Shown in pieces: positions 63,263 to 64,000 of a stretch of 64,000 nt of DNA. The notes under the pieces are model-generated. The model had not been told where the DNA came from. It did no database searches and worked only from the letters and a program-made list of their open reading frames with translations. A program made the translations under genes and the position numbers. The stretch comes from Callorhinchus milii. Taxonomy: Eukaryota. Every line of letters begins with the position of its first letter. Position 1 is the stretch's first letter. The stretch covers positions 9,488,001 to 9,552,000 of the forward strand of contig NW_024704742.1 in the NCBI RefSeq assembly GCF_018977255.1, written 5' to 3'.

Positions 63263-64000
63263 TAAAAGCACTTTGAGACAGCATTCAGACATGAAAGATG
63301 TTCTATCAAATGCAACGATTATTATTAATCTGTTTGTGTACAAGCAACATAAATGATCAATGTGCAACCTGGCTTCACCGTATACGTCTGTGCTGCGTGA
63401 ACACCCCTGCTCTACATTGTTGTGCCAAATCGGTAACCACGAATGCCTACAAATACGCATTCACTAAACTTCTGTGAAGCACTTTGAGAAGACTCAACAA
63501 AGCAACTGGCTGTGTGCAATTGGCTGCCGTGTTTCGCCCACAAAATATACAGACAATTCAATTTGCAATATATTCTGTGAAACACTTTGAGACGTCTCGA
63601 AGACGTGATAAGACGCTATATCAAATACAAGAATTATTATTATATAACACCTTTCATGCATGGAGAATGTCCTAAGGCCCCTGACAGTCAAGGTTTTGCA
63701 CTCACAATAATAGTATTGAAGCCCCAATTACAAATTGCTTGACATCAAAGGACAGTGTTTGTTTATAGAGTCAAATGCTGAAACAATTTCACGTATATTA
63801 AAAAACTATAATAAAGAATTACAGATTGTGCATTCGACGATCAAATGAGAATTCGAGAAAGACAAGGATGCAGAAATAAAGCAGCAAGGAAAAGTCATAA
63901 AGCATTTATAAAGCTCCCTAGATAACTTGTCATATTTATTTTGGTAATGAGCTTTCAGAAGCATTCTCTACTTGAATGCTTCTGAAGTATGAGGAAGATC

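Noticed and set aside
51586..64000. Search for the NRG1 EGF-domain exon
   Set aside because: No HLxxC...CVNGGxC-type coding segment seen; it probably lies beyond the window.
1..64000. CRISPR array, operon or prokaryotic defence system
   Set aside because: The sequence is vertebrate intron/exon DNA; the repeats are dispersed retroposons, not regularly spaced direct repeats.

Overview
Eukaryotic (vertebrate) genomic DNA. The repeat content suggests a cartilaginous fish, possibly a chimaera; this is inference. The window lies inside the neuregulin-1 (NRG1) gene on the + strand. Three coding exons are recognisable: two Ig-domain exons (21748-21925, 178 nt; 29689-29807, 119 nt) and the type III cysteine-rich-domain (CRD/SMDF) first coding exon (ATG 50946 to donor after 51585). 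I could not find the type I/II first exons, the spacer exons or the EGF exon. The rest is intron filled with retroposons: a tRNA-Ala-headed SINE family, an older SacSINE1-like DeuSINE, an ancient AmnSINE2-like SINE, CR1 and L2 LINE fragments, two short Penelope-like inserts with target-site duplications, a palindromic repeat and microsatellites. Apart from the NRG1 exons and LINE remnants, the ORF track is spurious. I see no clearly new biological system. The best leads are splicing-related: an AG|GTAAG dual/recursive site at the first Ig exon, and an in-frame NAGNAG acceptor upstream of the type III ATG. Other leads are transposon observations: a chimeric SINE sharing its tail with L2, decayed hammerhead motifs, a SINE-derived CTCF motif and a local duplication. 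Repeat boundaries are approximate and family names are from recall, not database searches.
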